Shown: positions 29,538 to 39,040 of the stretch, piece by piece
Layout: each line of letters starts with the position of its first letter
Numbering within the stretch: the first letter of the stretch is position 1
Origin: a virus
IMG/VR virus record: IMGVR_UViG_3300023239_000322
Location: 1-64,000 of that record
Length of the DNA stretch: 64,000 nucleotides
Reading direction: 5' to 3' (one strand)
Notes under the pieces: model-generated
Seen by the model: only the letters and a program-made list of their open reading frames with translations
What the model was told of the DNA's origin: nothing
The model's database searches: none
Made by a program: the position numbers and the translations under genes

Positions 29538-30371
29538 ATGAAAATATACGACAGTTTCCCCTTTTTCAATGAGTTTGGGCTTCTTGAGCTCAGACTGCGT
29601 GAACTATATGATCATGTGGATTATTTTGTATTAGTAGAAGCCAATAGAACATTCCAAGACAATCCCAAAGACCTGCTGTACTACAACAATAGAGAACGTT
29701 TTGCACAATGGGCAGATAAAATTATCTACTATCCTGTTACAGACATGCCCAAAGACACAGATACATGGGGCAGGGAAAGACATCAGCGCAATGCTATATT
29801 AAACGGTGTGCGGGATGCAGACGACAATGATATAATCATAGTAAGCGATATAGATGAAATACCCAGAACAGAAACCATTGAGAAACTTAGAGCAAGTAGT
29901 GCAAGTATATGGCCATTCAGAATGCCCTTGTTTAACTTTAAGTTTAATTACATGCTAATTAACCAAGACAACTATGTTGTGTGGAGCAGTGCATGTAGGA
30001 AGAAACTGCTGGACAATCCAGAAGACTTTAGACGAGCAAGGCATCAACTACAAGGCTTTCCGTATAACCACAAAGATGACACTGTGGAAATGATTGAACA
30101 TGCTGGGTGGCACTTTACGTATTTTGGCAACGAAGAGTTTGCTAAACAAAAAATTGGTAGTTTTGCACACGACGAAACCAACGATCCGTGGATACTAGAA
30201 CAGTTGAACGTTGAAGAAAGCATACGCAAAGGGCATGGCATAATACAAACAGATGAACGCTACAAGTTTGCACCTGTTGCCCTAGATGATTACTTCCCAG
30301 AATCCATACGCAACAGCACCAGTGTTATCACAGGCGATTATCCTTCCGCACGTACATATCTTCCGCAGTAA
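29538..30371 (+). CDS. Glycosyltransferase family 17-like
   Basis: FPFFNE..LELRL, VDYFVLVE, QRN, SDIDEIP, GWHFTY. Confidence 0.85.
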   Translation: MKIYDSFPFFNEFGLLELRLRELYDHVDYFVLVEANRTFQDNPKDLLYYNNRERFAQWADKIIYYPVTDMPKDTDTWGRERHQRNAILNGVRDADDNDIIIVSDIDEIPRTETIEKLRASSASIWPFRMPLFNFKFNYMLINQDNYVVWSSACRKKLLDNPEDFRRARHQLQGFPYNHKDDTVEMIEHAGWHFTYFGNEEFAKQKIGSFAHDETNDPWILEQLNVEESIRKGHGIIQTDERYKFAPVALDDYFPESIRNSTSVITGDYPSARTYLPQ

Positions 30372-30405
30372 CAAAAATTTAATATAATTGTAACGTTACT
30401 GTAAC
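30366..30405 (+). promoter_or_regulatory. Pho-box-like 11-nt-period direct repeats upstream of pstS
   Basis: CAGTAAC-AAAA-ATTTAAT-ATAA-TTGTAAC-GTTA-CTGTAAC resembles PhoB CTGTCAT repeats. Confidence 0.6.
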
Positions 30406-30451
30406 ACTATTATGTTTAAATAATAGCGAGTAAACCAAGGAGGATATATCA

Positions 30452-31459
30452 ATGAAATTATTACTCGCTGTGTTAGTATTAGCATTTAGTTCATCAATCC
30501 ATGCAAGAGATTACGTTAGTATTGCTGGATCTTCAACCGTATTTCCGTTCGCAACAATTGTGGCAGAACAACTAGGAAAAAATCCAAACTTAAAAACCCC
30601 AGTAGTAGAATCGGGTGGCTCTAGCGTTGGTAAGAAAGGCGTGTGTGATGGGATTGGCACACAGTTTATTGATATTGGCAATGCAAGCTCAAGAATGAAG
30701 GTGAAAGAACTTGCCTATTGCGATAAAAATAAAGTTACTGTTACTGAAATTAAAGTTGGGTATGATGGTATAGTATTAGCAAACTCAAAAGATGTACCAC
30801 AACTTAAAATTTCATTAAGCGATCTTGGCAAGGCACTAACTGCCAAGGTTCCAGTAAATGGCAAGATGGTGGAGAATCCTTATAAGACATGGCAGGATGT
30901 TAATTCAGAACTTCCTGACATAGAAATACGTGTGTATGGCCCACCAACAACATCAGGCACAAGAGCAAGTTTTGCTGAGATTGTTAATGAAAAAGCATAC
31001 TGTAAAAAAGACCCTGAAGTAAAAGCAATTGGGTATAAAGCAAAGAACTGTCGTGCAATGCGCACTGACGGAGCTTACATAGAGGCGGGCGAACAGGACA
31101 ACCTGATTGTCCAAAAGCTGAATGAGGATTTAACTGCATTTGGTATATTTGGGTTTTCGTATTTGGATCAGAACAGTGACACGGTACAGGGTGCAGAACT
31201 ATCTGGTGTTATACCAACCTTTGATGCTATTGCTGAAGGCAAGTATAAAGCATCACGTGCTCTTTACTTCTATGTCAAGCATGCACATGTTAATGTTGTT
31301 CCGGGTATTGTGGAATACATGACTGAGTGGACAAAGCACTGGAGTGATGATGGTATCCTTGCTGATTCTGGTATGATCCCAATGAGTAAAGCAGAACGTA
31401 AAGAAATGATGGATAGAATGAACAGTCTGCCAGTATTACAAGCAAGCGATTTAGAATAA
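30452..31459 (+). CDS. pstS: Phosphate ABC transporter substrate-binding protein
   Basis: Signal peptide, IAGSSTVFP, NASSR, YDGI, PPTTSGTR, SRALYFYVK. Confidence 0.93.
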   Translation: MKLLLAVLVLAFSSSIHARDYVSIAGSSTVFPFATIVAEQLGKNPNLKTPVVESGGSSVGKKGVCDGIGTQFIDIGNASSRMKVKELAYCDKNKVTVTEIKVGYDGIVLANSKDVPQLKISLSDLGKALTAKVPVNGKMVENPYKTWQDVNSELPDIEIRVYGPPTTSGTRASFAEIVNEKAYCKKDPEVKAIGYKAKNCRAMRTDGAYIEAGEQDNLIVQKLNEDLTAFGIFGFSYLDQNSDTVQGAELSGVIPTFDAIAEGKYKASRALYFYVKHAHVNVVPGIVEYMTEWTKHWSDDGILADSGMIPMSKAERKEMMDRMNSLPVLQASDLE

Positions 31460-31474
31460 AGATATTAAAACGGA

Positions 31475-31587
31475 CTGTAACATTTTTGTCCAAAAATAGT
31501 TAAGTGTGTTGTTTATTGGCAACACCCACCTATAAGTAATTGCTAGAGTTATTTGTAGAAATACCGTAACTGTAACATTTATACAAC
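31475..31587 (+). promoter_or_regulatory. Further Pho-box-like half-sites upstream of the porin gene
   Basis: CTGTAAC-ATTT-TTGTCCA at 31475 and CTGTAAC-ATTT-ATACAAC at 31570. Confidence 0.45.
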
Positions 31588-31611
31588 AAAATTTAAATTG
31601 GAGATATACAA

Positions 31612-32223
31612 ATGAAAAAAATCGTAGCAATAGTATCAGCAGTTGCACTTGCAACAATTATTGGATGTGGTAAAGAAGCAGAAGCCGCAGATGATAACTG
31701 GAATACATCTGAACACAACTACAACCTCAACAGTGGTAACTGGGGTGTAGAAGTTAGAACCATGGGCAACGATGATTACGATCACGTTGAAGGAAAGTAC
31801 AAGTTATCTGACAGCTTAGAGCTTGCACTTCGTTATGCTGAAGATGGTGTAGTCACAGAGATTCGTCCAAAGTTAACACACAAGATTCTTAAAGCAGGTC
31901 CATTGAGTCTTGCACACCGAATTGAGTATCGTTATTTTGAAGGCACAAAAGACGACAGCGCAAGATACCGTGGTATTATCGGACTTAAGGCAGGTAGCGC
32001 ATGGGTTAAACTGCAACCACGTTGGACATTTGGTGCTGGCAAGACTGGTGACGCAAAAATTGATGATGTTAAATGGCAAGCTGGTTACGACTGGACATTA
32101 GATTCAGACGAAAACAGTTCAGTTAAACTTACACCATATGTTGAGTACTTAACAGCAGGTGAAGATGGTGACTGGGCTAAAACACACATGATTCTTGGTA
32201 CTAGATTAGCGGTTAAATTCTAA
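31612..32223 (+). CDS. Small outer-membrane beta-barrel (porin-like)
   Basis: Signal peptide, alternating amphipathic strands, C-terminal Phe (RLAVKF). Confidence 0.65.
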   Translation: MKKIVAIVSAVALATIIGCGKEAEAADDNWNTSEHNYNLNSGNWGVEVRTMGNDDYDHVEGKYKLSDSLELALRYAEDGVVTEIRPKLTHKILKAGPLSLAHRIEYRYFEGTKDDSARYRGIIGLKAGSAWVKLQPRWTFGAGKTGDAKIDDVKWQAGYDWTLDSDENSSVKLTPYVEYLTAGEDGDWAKTHMILGTRLAVKF

Positions 32224-32252
32224 TTGACATTTAACAGTTAATCAACTATAAT
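32224..32252 (+). promoter_or_regulatory. Sigma70 promoter
   Basis: TTGACA-17-TATAAT. Confidence 0.75.
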
Positions 32253-32288
32253 AAAGGGGTGGTAATTGTTACTACCCCTTTTATTTTG
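32253..32288 (+). terminator. Rho-independent terminator
   Basis: AAAGGGGTGGTAA-TTG-TTACTACCCCTTT followed by a T-rich tail. Confidence 0.75.
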
Positions 32289-32296
32289 GAGTTTTT

Positions 32297-33112
32297 ATGC
32301 ACTTTCATTTACACGGATATGGATACGTTGGCAGAGCTGTAGTCAACAAGTTTGCTGAACGAGATAGTTTTACTATTTTTGATCCACTACACCCCGAACT
32401 AGAAACTGGTTTTAAAGATCCAGATGGTGTTATTGTGTGCGTACCAACACCAGAAAACGTTACGTTTAACGTAGAAGGCAGTTGCGACTTCTCAATAGTC
32501 AGCAGTGTAGTCAAACAGTACGACAGACAAATACCCATACTGATCAAAAGCACAATAGATCAAACTGGCCTGGATCAATTGGTAGACTGGAACGTTACAT
32601 TTAATCCAGAGTTCTTACGTGCTGAAACAGCAGATGCAGACTATGCTAACCAAACACACATTTATATAGGTGGTGGCAGTGTTGACTTTTGGGAAATGAT
32701 ATTCTTCAGACACTTTGCCAAGGCATACATTGTCAAAAGTGATATACCCACACTGGTACTGACCAAATACTTTAAAAATGCTTTCCTAGCAACCAAAGTT
32801 GCATTCTTTAATCAAGTGTATGATATATGCCAAAAGCAGGGTGTTAAGTTTGAAGATGTTAGAAAGTTTGTAACACAAGATGCAAGGATTGGTGACAGTC
32901 ACAGTTGGGTTACAGAAGAACGTGGCTTTGGCGGAGCCTGTTTCCCAAAAGATACACGGGCATTAGTGTATGAGCATCCAGAAGCAACTATAGTAGCAGA
33001 CGCAGTACGTTACAACAATGAAGTTGAAGTACGCATGATAAATAACAACATTCAACAAACGAAAGAGTTCAATGAAATTAATTTCAGGCAATTCCAATCC
33101 AGGCCTCTCTGA
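32297..33112 (+). CDS. UDP-glucose/GDP-mannose dehydrogenase-like (lacking the C-terminal domain)
   Basis: [30 protein letters not shown]. Confidence 0.88.
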   Translation: MHFHLHGYGYVGRAVVNKFAERDSFTIFDPLHPELETGFKDPDGVIVCVPTPENVTFNVEGSCDFSIVSSVVKQYDRQIPILIKSTIDQTGLDQLVDWNVTFNPEFLRAETADADYANQTHIYIGGGSVDFWEMIFFRHFAKAYIVKSDIPTLVLTKYFKNAFLATKVAFFNQVYDICQKQGVKFEDVRKFVTQDARIGDSHSWVTEERGFGGACFPKDTRALVYEHPEATIVADAVRYNNEVEVRMINNNIQQTKEFNEINFRQFQSRPL

Positions 33113-34001
33113 AGCAATTGCTACTCACAGTCTTAAATCACTTGTTGGTGCCAAGATAGGCACATTCTCAGACGGTGAAACAAAAGTAGAATATCTAGAA
33201 AACCTGCGTGGAGAAGATGTATTTGTAATACAATCCACTTCAACTCCTGTTAACCAAAACTTTATGGAATTATGCGTCATGGTAGACGCCGTTAAACGAA
33301 GTAGTAGTAAACGTGTTACTGCCGTTTTACCCTACTTTGGTTACGCAAGACAGGACAGAAAGAGTGCATCAAGGACTCCTATTAGTGCAAAACTAGTAGC
33401 CAACTTGCTTAGTATTGCCGGGGCGGACCGTGTACTTACATTGGACTTACATGCAGGACAAATACAGGGCTTTTTTGATATTCCAGTAGATGACTTAAGC
33501 AGTAGACCAATCTTTGTTAAAGATATTCAGGACCAAGAATTAACAGACACTATAATTGTATCACCAGATGCAGGCGGTGTTGTACGAGCTCGTAAGTTTG
33601 CTGATGCTGTGAATGGTGGCTTAATTGCTATTGTGGATAAACGCAGACCAGAAGCAGGTAACTCAGAAGTAATGAACTTAATTGGCACTGTTAAAGGCAA
33701 GCATGCAATACTTGTTGATGACATTGTTGATTCAGGTGGTACACTATGTAATGCCGCACAGGCTATTATGGACGCTGGCGCAAAATCAGTAAGGGCGTAC
33801 ATTACACATGGGGTACTAAGTGGCAAGGCTTGTGAAAAAATACAAGACTCTGTCCTGACAGAATTAGTTATAACAGACAGCATACAATTCCATTGTCCAA
33901 AATCAGTAGATAAAATCAGAGTAGTAAGTGTTGATGCACTATTTGGTGAGGCAATAAGGCGTGTGCATAACGAAGAATCTGTAAGCAGTCTGTTTGGCTA
34001 A
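33072..34001 (+). CDS. prs: Ribose-phosphate pyrophosphokinase
   Basis: [37 protein letters not shown]. Confidence 0.95.
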   Translation: MKLISGNSNPGLSEAIATHSLKSLVGAKIGTFSDGETKVEYLENLRGEDVFVIQSTSTPVNQNFMELCVMVDAVKRSSSKRVTAVLPYFGYARQDRKSASRTPISAKLVANLLSIAGADRVLTLDLHAGQIQGFFDIPVDDLSSRPIFVKDIQDQELTDTIIVSPDAGGVVRARKFADAVNGGLIAIVDKRRPEAGNSEVMNLIGTVKGKHAILVDDIVDSGGTLCNAAQAIMDAGAKSVRAYITHGVLSGKACEKIQDSVLTELVITDSIQFHCPKSVDKIRVVSVDALFGEAIRRVHNEESVSSLFG

Positions 34002-34063
34002 CAAATAGTATACACAACATCAGAGTGATGTTAATATAGTAGTATCTTAATAAGGAAAACACA

Positions 34064-34252
34064 ATGAGTACAATTATTCAATTAGAAGAAGCAGTAGCGG
34101 CATGGAAAGACGAAGACGACAAATTTGAAGGTGGAAATAATGCCGCTGGAACAAGAGCTCGTAAGGCTTTACAAGACGTCGCAAAATTAGTAAAGAACAG
34201 ACGTAATGAAATCACTGCTACCAAAAACGCAAGAAAAGAAGCAAAACAGTAA
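34064..34252 (+). CDS. Histone H1-like (Hc1-type) small basic protein
   Basis: KFEGGNNAAGTRARKALQ..R..I motif. Confidence 0.7.
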   Translation: MSTIIQLEEAVAAWKDEDDKFEGGNNAAGTRARKALQDVAKLVKNRRNEITATKNARKEAKQ

Positions 34253-34294
34253 TATACAGTTGTTTTAAATGACGCCCATGTTCTTAAATACTAT

Positions 34295-34513
34295 ATGTTG
34301 GTTCAAAAGAACAGAGGGCTTCGACCCAATTATCACATTTATCCTTGGCAAGTACATACGCCTTGGATTAGGTTAGCTGGCTGGAAAGATGCAGAGTACT
34401 GGTGCATACACACATTTGATTGTACGTGGTGCAGGTATGGTGCTTTTTTCTATTTTGATCAACACGACTACGCAACAACATTCTGCTTAAGATGGTTAGA
34501 CGAATTAACTTAA
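34295..34513 (+). CDS. Hypothetical protein
   Basis: TAAATA upstream; ends F.LRW like neighbouring small ORFs. Confidence 0.5.
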   Translation: MLVQKNRGLRPNYHIYPWQVHTPWIRLAGWKDAEYWCIHTFDCTWCRYGAFFYFDQHDYATTFCLRWLDELT

Positions 34514-34695
34514 CTGAACTTCAACTCAACTATTCAGTTGAAATGCGCAACGCAAGTTTGGTACACGATGCACGGGAATATTGCTGGTCCTGTCAAGGTA
34601 CTACACTAATAATGCAAAAGAATGATTACTCAAACAATAATGTATTGTTTGAAGACGAACAGGAAGCATTGATGTTTGCACTAAAATTCTCATAA
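34492..34695 (+). CDS. Hypothetical protein
   Basis: Coupled ORF ending FEDEQEALMFALKF. Confidence 0.5.
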   Translation: MVRRINLTELQLNYSVEMRNASLVHDAREYCWSCQGTTLIMQKNDYSNNNVLFEDEQEALMFALKFS

Positions 34696-35354
34696 TGGAC
34701 ATAACAAATACTAAGTTTTTACAGTACTTTGATCTGCCAGATTTGCCAGAAGACATGTATGATGAGCTGGTATTAATTGGTGACAATATGTGTCACTACC
34801 TACTTGAGGCAAGATTCCAAGATAAACAAATTGTCGACAAGGAACTATGGCACGAGAAGCAACCTGTGCATAATCAAACTAGTGCCAAATACGATTGGTC
34901 GCTCAATGATCCAGACATATGTAAGCCAGGCACTAGGTTATGGGATATTAGACATCACGTAGAAGAATTAGTAAAACCTTTCGGCGTTAAAGCACAATGG
35001 ATATCACCTGTTGTACAAGTTAATATGAAGCAGTCAACTGAAAAGTTTGCTACCACAGCGGCACATGTAGATATAGAACGCCAAGCGAGCATTAATTATC
35101 TCATTACAAAAGGTGGTAGTGACATAGTTACTCGTTGGTATAACGTTGTACAGGATAAGCCAGTGGATTATCCACACTGTTACCCAGCAGATGAACTGAT
35201 AGGACCAGTGCATGAGGAAAGAATAGACCTGAGACGTTGGCATTACTTTAACGCTGGGATGCCACATAGCATACACAACATAGAGGACTACAGAGTTATG
35301 TTAGGTATACAAACAAACTGTAGTCACAATGAACTTTTAGAGAGGTTAACATAA
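34695..35354 (+). CDS. 2OG-Fe(II) oxygenase-like protein
   Basis: AHVD..R..SINY, PHSIHN, RVML. Confidence 0.6.
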   Translation: MDITNTKFLQYFDLPDLPEDMYDELVLIGDNMCHYLLEARFQDKQIVDKELWHEKQPVHNQTSAKYDWSLNDPDICKPGTRLWDIRHHVEELVKPFGVKAQWISPVVQVNMKQSTEKFATTAAHVDIERQASINYLITKGGSDIVTRWYNVVQDKPVDYPHCYPADELIGPVHEERIDLRRWHYFNAGMPHSIHNIEDYRVMLGIQTNCSHNELLERLT

Positions 35355-35950
35355 TGTCTGGCATACCTGGGTGTATTGAATACTTAGACTTGCCTCCTAT
35401 CCCCAAGGATGTTCAAGATAAATTGATACGTGATGCCCATTATTTTATTAATATACCTGTTACCGAAGGAGATCAGACATATTACTTCGAACAGATTCCG
35501 GCGAGGTATGGCACAGATACCGTATACTTTAAGTACTATATGTATCCTCCTGTAGAGTTCGTACAGGATGTAATACAACCTTTGTTTAAAAATCCACTTG
35601 TCTATGTGTTATCCATTATTAAAAGCCACACAGGCAACCCCAGTATGTTCTGGCCTCACACAGACCATGACAGATGGAGTGGGATACAAATTAATTTAGA
35701 TAATGGTGGTGATAATGTGTTAACTAGGTTTTATAAGAAGTTCAATAAAAAACCTAACATGTATGATAACTTATATGATTTCGATCAGTTAGGTGATATG
35801 CACGAAACACGAACAGAAGAAAATAAGTGGGTAGTTTTTAATCCTACTGTAGTACATAGTGTTCATAACGTTACTGATATCAGGATTACATTGGCTATTG
35901 ACACAGGAGAACTACTACACTACGATGAAATGCATTCACACTTTAAGTAG
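35354..35950 (+). CDS. 2OG-Fe(II) oxygenase-like protein (paralog of the preceding gene)
   Basis: PHTD..R, GGDNVLTRFY, VHSVHN, RITL. Confidence 0.6.
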   Translation: MSGIPGCIEYLDLPPIPKDVQDKLIRDAHYFINIPVTEGDQTYYFEQIPARYGTDTVYFKYYMYPPVEFVQDVIQPLFKNPLVYVLSIIKSHTGNPSMFWPHTDHDRWSGIQINLDNGGDNVLTRFYKKFNKKPNMYDNLYDFDQLGDMHETRTEENKWVVFNPTVVHSVHNVTDIRITLAIDTGELLHYDEMHSHFK

Positions 35951-36710
35951 ATTCTCGTTGGATGTCATCCTCAATACAACTATCACCGTATTGAATTTCA
36001 ATTACACGACACTCCATGGCAGACTTATTACAAAGTTGATGCCAGTCTCCTACAGGGACTCTGTATTCATCATGCCGTTTAAGTAGTTGTGGGGGATGAA
36101 GGTTGCCAACCGGTGTTTTACTGTTAACAACACACTCACCAAATTGTACAATCCAGTACTCGTTACGCTGTTTATGCCGTTGCATGCTCAAACTTTTTCC
36201 TGGCATCACAACCAGTTCTTTAACTTTCATTTGTATTGCATTGTGCAACACTCTGTAATACCCCCAGGGCCTTAGTACTTTTTCCGTTTCCATTTTCTTT
36301 AGTATCCATGAACTACTGTTCTTTTTATTGTCACCACCTACGCCAAATTCAAATTTAAGTTTATGATCTATTATTCCCTGCTCGGGAATATTATTAGCGG
36401 TACGATCACCGCCATTGGCAAAGATAATATTGTCATCTGGAAATAGTTCACGAGTACGTACTATTGCATCACTGGCTGAGCCATCGTCATCGTTAAAATT
36501 TAAAACTGCATCAACATCTTTAAGTTCTGATATTATACTGGAACGTTCATCTTGACTCTGGTAACTTGCACCTTTCTTACGTTCAAGCCAGGCATCACTG
36601 TTAACACCAACAACTAGTATATCACCTAATGCTTTGGCTTCTTTAATGTACGCTAGATGTCCTGCATGCAATGGGTCGAATCCACCTGATATCACAACTA
36701 TTTTTCTCAT
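35943..36710 (-). CDS. Cytidylyltransferase-cupin fusion (paralog of 20394)
   Basis: SGGFDPLHAGH, NGGDR, RPWG, SMQRH. Confidence 0.85.
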   Translation of the reverse strand: MRKIVVISGGFDPLHAGHLAYIKEAKALGDILVVGVNSDAWLERKKGASYQSQDERSSIISELKDVDAVLNFNDDDGSASDAIVRTRELFPDDNIIFANGGDRTANNIPEQGIIDHKLKFEFGVGGDNKKNSSSWILKKMETEKVLRPWGYYRVLHNAIQMKVKELVVMPGKSLSMQRHKQRNEYWIVQFGECVVNSKTPVGNLHPPQLLKRHDEYRVPVGDWHQLCNKSAMECRVIEIQYGDSCIEDDIQREST

Positions 36711-36762
36711 AGTGGTATTTATTTGGCTGTGTTTTAGATTAAATATTATTGGGGGACAAGTT

Positions 36763-36969
36763 ATGCAATTTCATATGGAGCACTTTTGGCAGATTCAGGA
36801 CTGGGTATCTGAATTACCAGACGAAGAGTCTCAGCAGTTTACCATATACATACTGACCAGAGACTCTTGTTTTACAGTGGAGTGTACGAACGAACAACTC
36901 TTAAGTTATATGGCTCTTCGATGGTATGGAGTAGTTGACAATCCGACGGATTCACTATATAATATATAG
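36763..36969 (+). CDS. Hypothetical protein
   Basis: ATG 36763 with GGGGGA RBS and TAAATA upstream. Confidence 0.45.
   Translation: MQFHMEHFWQIQDWVSELPDEESQQFTIYILTRDSCFTVECTNEQLLSYMALRWYGVVDNPTDSLYNI
36935..36963 (+). promoter_or_regulatory. Sigma70 promoter
   Basis: TTGACA-17-TATAAT. Confidence 0.75.
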
Positions 36970-36996
36970 TATTGTATAATAATTTAGGGTGAGTAA

Positions 36997-37308
36997 ATGT
37001 CATTATTTGATTTGTTTATAATTGTTACAGCAGGTTACTTTTTTATAGGTATATACCAGAAAGCTAAGTTACAGCAAAGAGCAATAGAAATAAAAAAAAC
37101 ATTATTATCCCAGCCTTATTATTATTATGAACTGGTCAAGATTTCAGATGGTGATAAACAATACCTACTATATGCGGTAAGAGACGACAGTTATCAGGGA
37201 CAGTCCAATACACTGAACGGCATTAAAAAACTAGCAAAAAACTTACACCCAGAATACAATAATATATTCATTAAGAATCCAGTAACAAACAAAATTTCGG
37301 TAGTTTAA
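36997..37308 (+). CDS. Hypothetical protein with N-terminal TM helix
   Basis: Hydrophobic N-terminus. Confidence 0.55.
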   Translation: MSLFDLFIIVTAGYFFIGIYQKAKLQQRAIEIKKTLLSQPYYYYELVKISDGDKQYLLYAVRDDSYQGQSNTLNGIKKLAKNLHPEYNNIFIKNPVTNKISVV

Positions 37309-37309
37309 T

Positions 37310-37732
37310 ATGACAATGCATTTAGTAGGTCCTTATCTGACCACCACTTCATATAAGAAACGTAAAACTAAGATAACAAAAACAGCACTGACAAACTTTC
37401 AGACTGAACATCTGGCATATAATAAACAACTTAAGCGCCAGGGCAGACACAGCGAGCAACTTACACTAGAACAATACATTGATTACAAGTGTGGCACACT
37501 TAAAGTAAATACGGACAAGCCTGTGTTTACTGCTTACGGGCCACCTAAGATATATCGACGACAGACCCCACATATACCAAGTCACAGTGGAGGTGTAGGA
37601 ATAGCAGTAAAAGCACCAGATAAGGTTTACACAGGCAACAAAATTATTGGTATAGGTACGATGCATAAATCAAATGCTGTACCTATTTTTAGCAACGAAC
37701 AAGCAGTCGAAATTAGCAAAATGAGGAGATAG
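37310..37732 (+). CDS. Hypothetical T4-like phage protein
   Basis: C-terminal [17 protein letters not shown] motif. Confidence 0.6.
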   Translation: MTMHLVGPYLTTTSYKKRKTKITKTALTNFQTEHLAYNKQLKRQGRHSEQLTLEQYIDYKCGTLKVNTDKPVFTAYGPPKIYRRQTPHIPSHSGGVGIAVKAPDKVYTGNKIIGIGTMHKSNAVPIFSNEQAVEISKMRR

Positions 37733-37733
37733 T

Positions 37734-37955
37734 TTGGCAAAAAAAGATGATGTAATTAAAATGGATTGTGAAGTATTAGATGTACTACCTAATACTTTGT
37801 TTAGAGTTAAGAATCCAGACAATGGCCATGAGCTTATTGCTTATCTAGGTGGCAAGATGCGTAAAAGAAGAATTAGAATTACACTAGGCGATACTGTAGA
37901 AGTAGAAATGAGTCTATATGACCTTAACAAAGGCAGGATAACATATAGAAGATAA
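37734..37955 (+). CDS. infA: Translation initiation factor IF-1
   Basis: KDDVIKM..EV..VLPN..FRV..GKMRK.RIRI..GD.V.VEMS.YDL.KGRITYR; TTG start. Confidence 0.92.
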   Translation: MAKKDDVIKMDCEVLDVLPNTLFRVKNPDNGHELIAYLGGKMRKRRIRITLGDTVEVEMSLYDLNKGRITYRR

Positions 37956-38983
37956 TGTACAACATCAAGGACATCAAGGAAGTCCATTTAGAGATTTCAA
38001 GTCTATGCAACGCTCGTTGTCCAGAGTGTCCTAGAAACTATCGTGGATACCCTTTTAACGATGGTTACCCAGAAACAAGTTTAACATTAGCACAAGCACA
38101 ACAGATATTTGAACCACTGTTTCTTAATCAGTTACAGACTATACTGATTAACGGCAACTATGGCGACATAGTTATGAACGAAGAAGCAACTGATATTATC
38201 AGATTCTTTAGACAACACAACAAGCATTGTGACATATATATCAGCACCAACGGTAGTGCAAGACGAGAAGAATTCTGGCAAGAACTGGCAGAGCTTAACT
38301 GTAAGATAGAATTTGACCTAGACGGTATGGCAGACACACATACCTTATATAGGCAGAACACAAACTGGAACACAGTAATAAAAAATGCCAAGACATTTAT
38401 AAATGCAGGTGGCCACGCTGTGTGGAAGTTTATTAAGTTTAAACATAACCAACACCAAGTACATGAGTGTGAAGAACTCAGCAAGCAGTTAGGGTTTAGT
38501 GTTTTTAAAGTGGTGGAAGAAGGCAGAGATCAAGGACCTGTATACGACAAACAAGGCAACCTAGTACATGTACTGGGAGACTGGACTAACCACTGGGACG
38601 GAGTAGCACACGATACTGTAGAGCCCTACATCACAAAACGTAAAGGTGAGATGTTGTTATTTGATGACATTGCTCAGTACTTTACTCCTGCCAAACAGAT
38701 AAACTGTGAAGTGAAGAAAACTAAAAGTGTTTATATCACAGCAAACGGTGAAGTCTACCCTTGTTGTTATTTGGGGTTTTATCCTAAAACTAATGTTGGT
38801 TTTGGTGAACAACTTGAAGTTTTAAACAAACAACTACAACCACTTATCTCAGACAACAATGCATTAGAACATCCATTGTCGGAATGCATAGCATGGTTTA
38901 ACGAAATAGAAAAATCCTGGCAGTGTGATTCCTACAAAGAAGGCAGATTAATGAAGTGTGATCAACAATGTGGCGCTAAATAG
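37955..38983 (+). CDS. Radical SAM/SPASM protein
   Basis: CNARCPEC, GNYGD, STNG, NGEVYPCC. Confidence 0.88.
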   Translation: MYNIKDIKEVHLEISSLCNARCPECPRNYRGYPFNDGYPETSLTLAQAQQIFEPLFLNQLQTILINGNYGDIVMNEEATDIIRFFRQHNKHCDIYISTNGSARREEFWQELAELNCKIEFDLDGMADTHTLYRQNTNWNTVIKNAKTFINAGGHAVWKFIKFKHNQHQVHECEELSKQLGFSVFKVVEEGRDQGPVYDKQGNLVHVLGDWTNHWDGVAHDTVEPYITKRKGEMLLFDDIAQYFTPAKQINCEVKKTKSVYITANGEVYPCCYLGFYPKTNVGFGEQLEVLNKQLQPLISDNNALEHPLSECIAWFNEIEKSWQCDSYKEGRLMKCDQQCGAK

Positions 38984-39040
38984 TGGTATGAACACTTCTA
39001 GAGAACTCCAAAAGCACCTAGACATAACGGAGAATAGATA

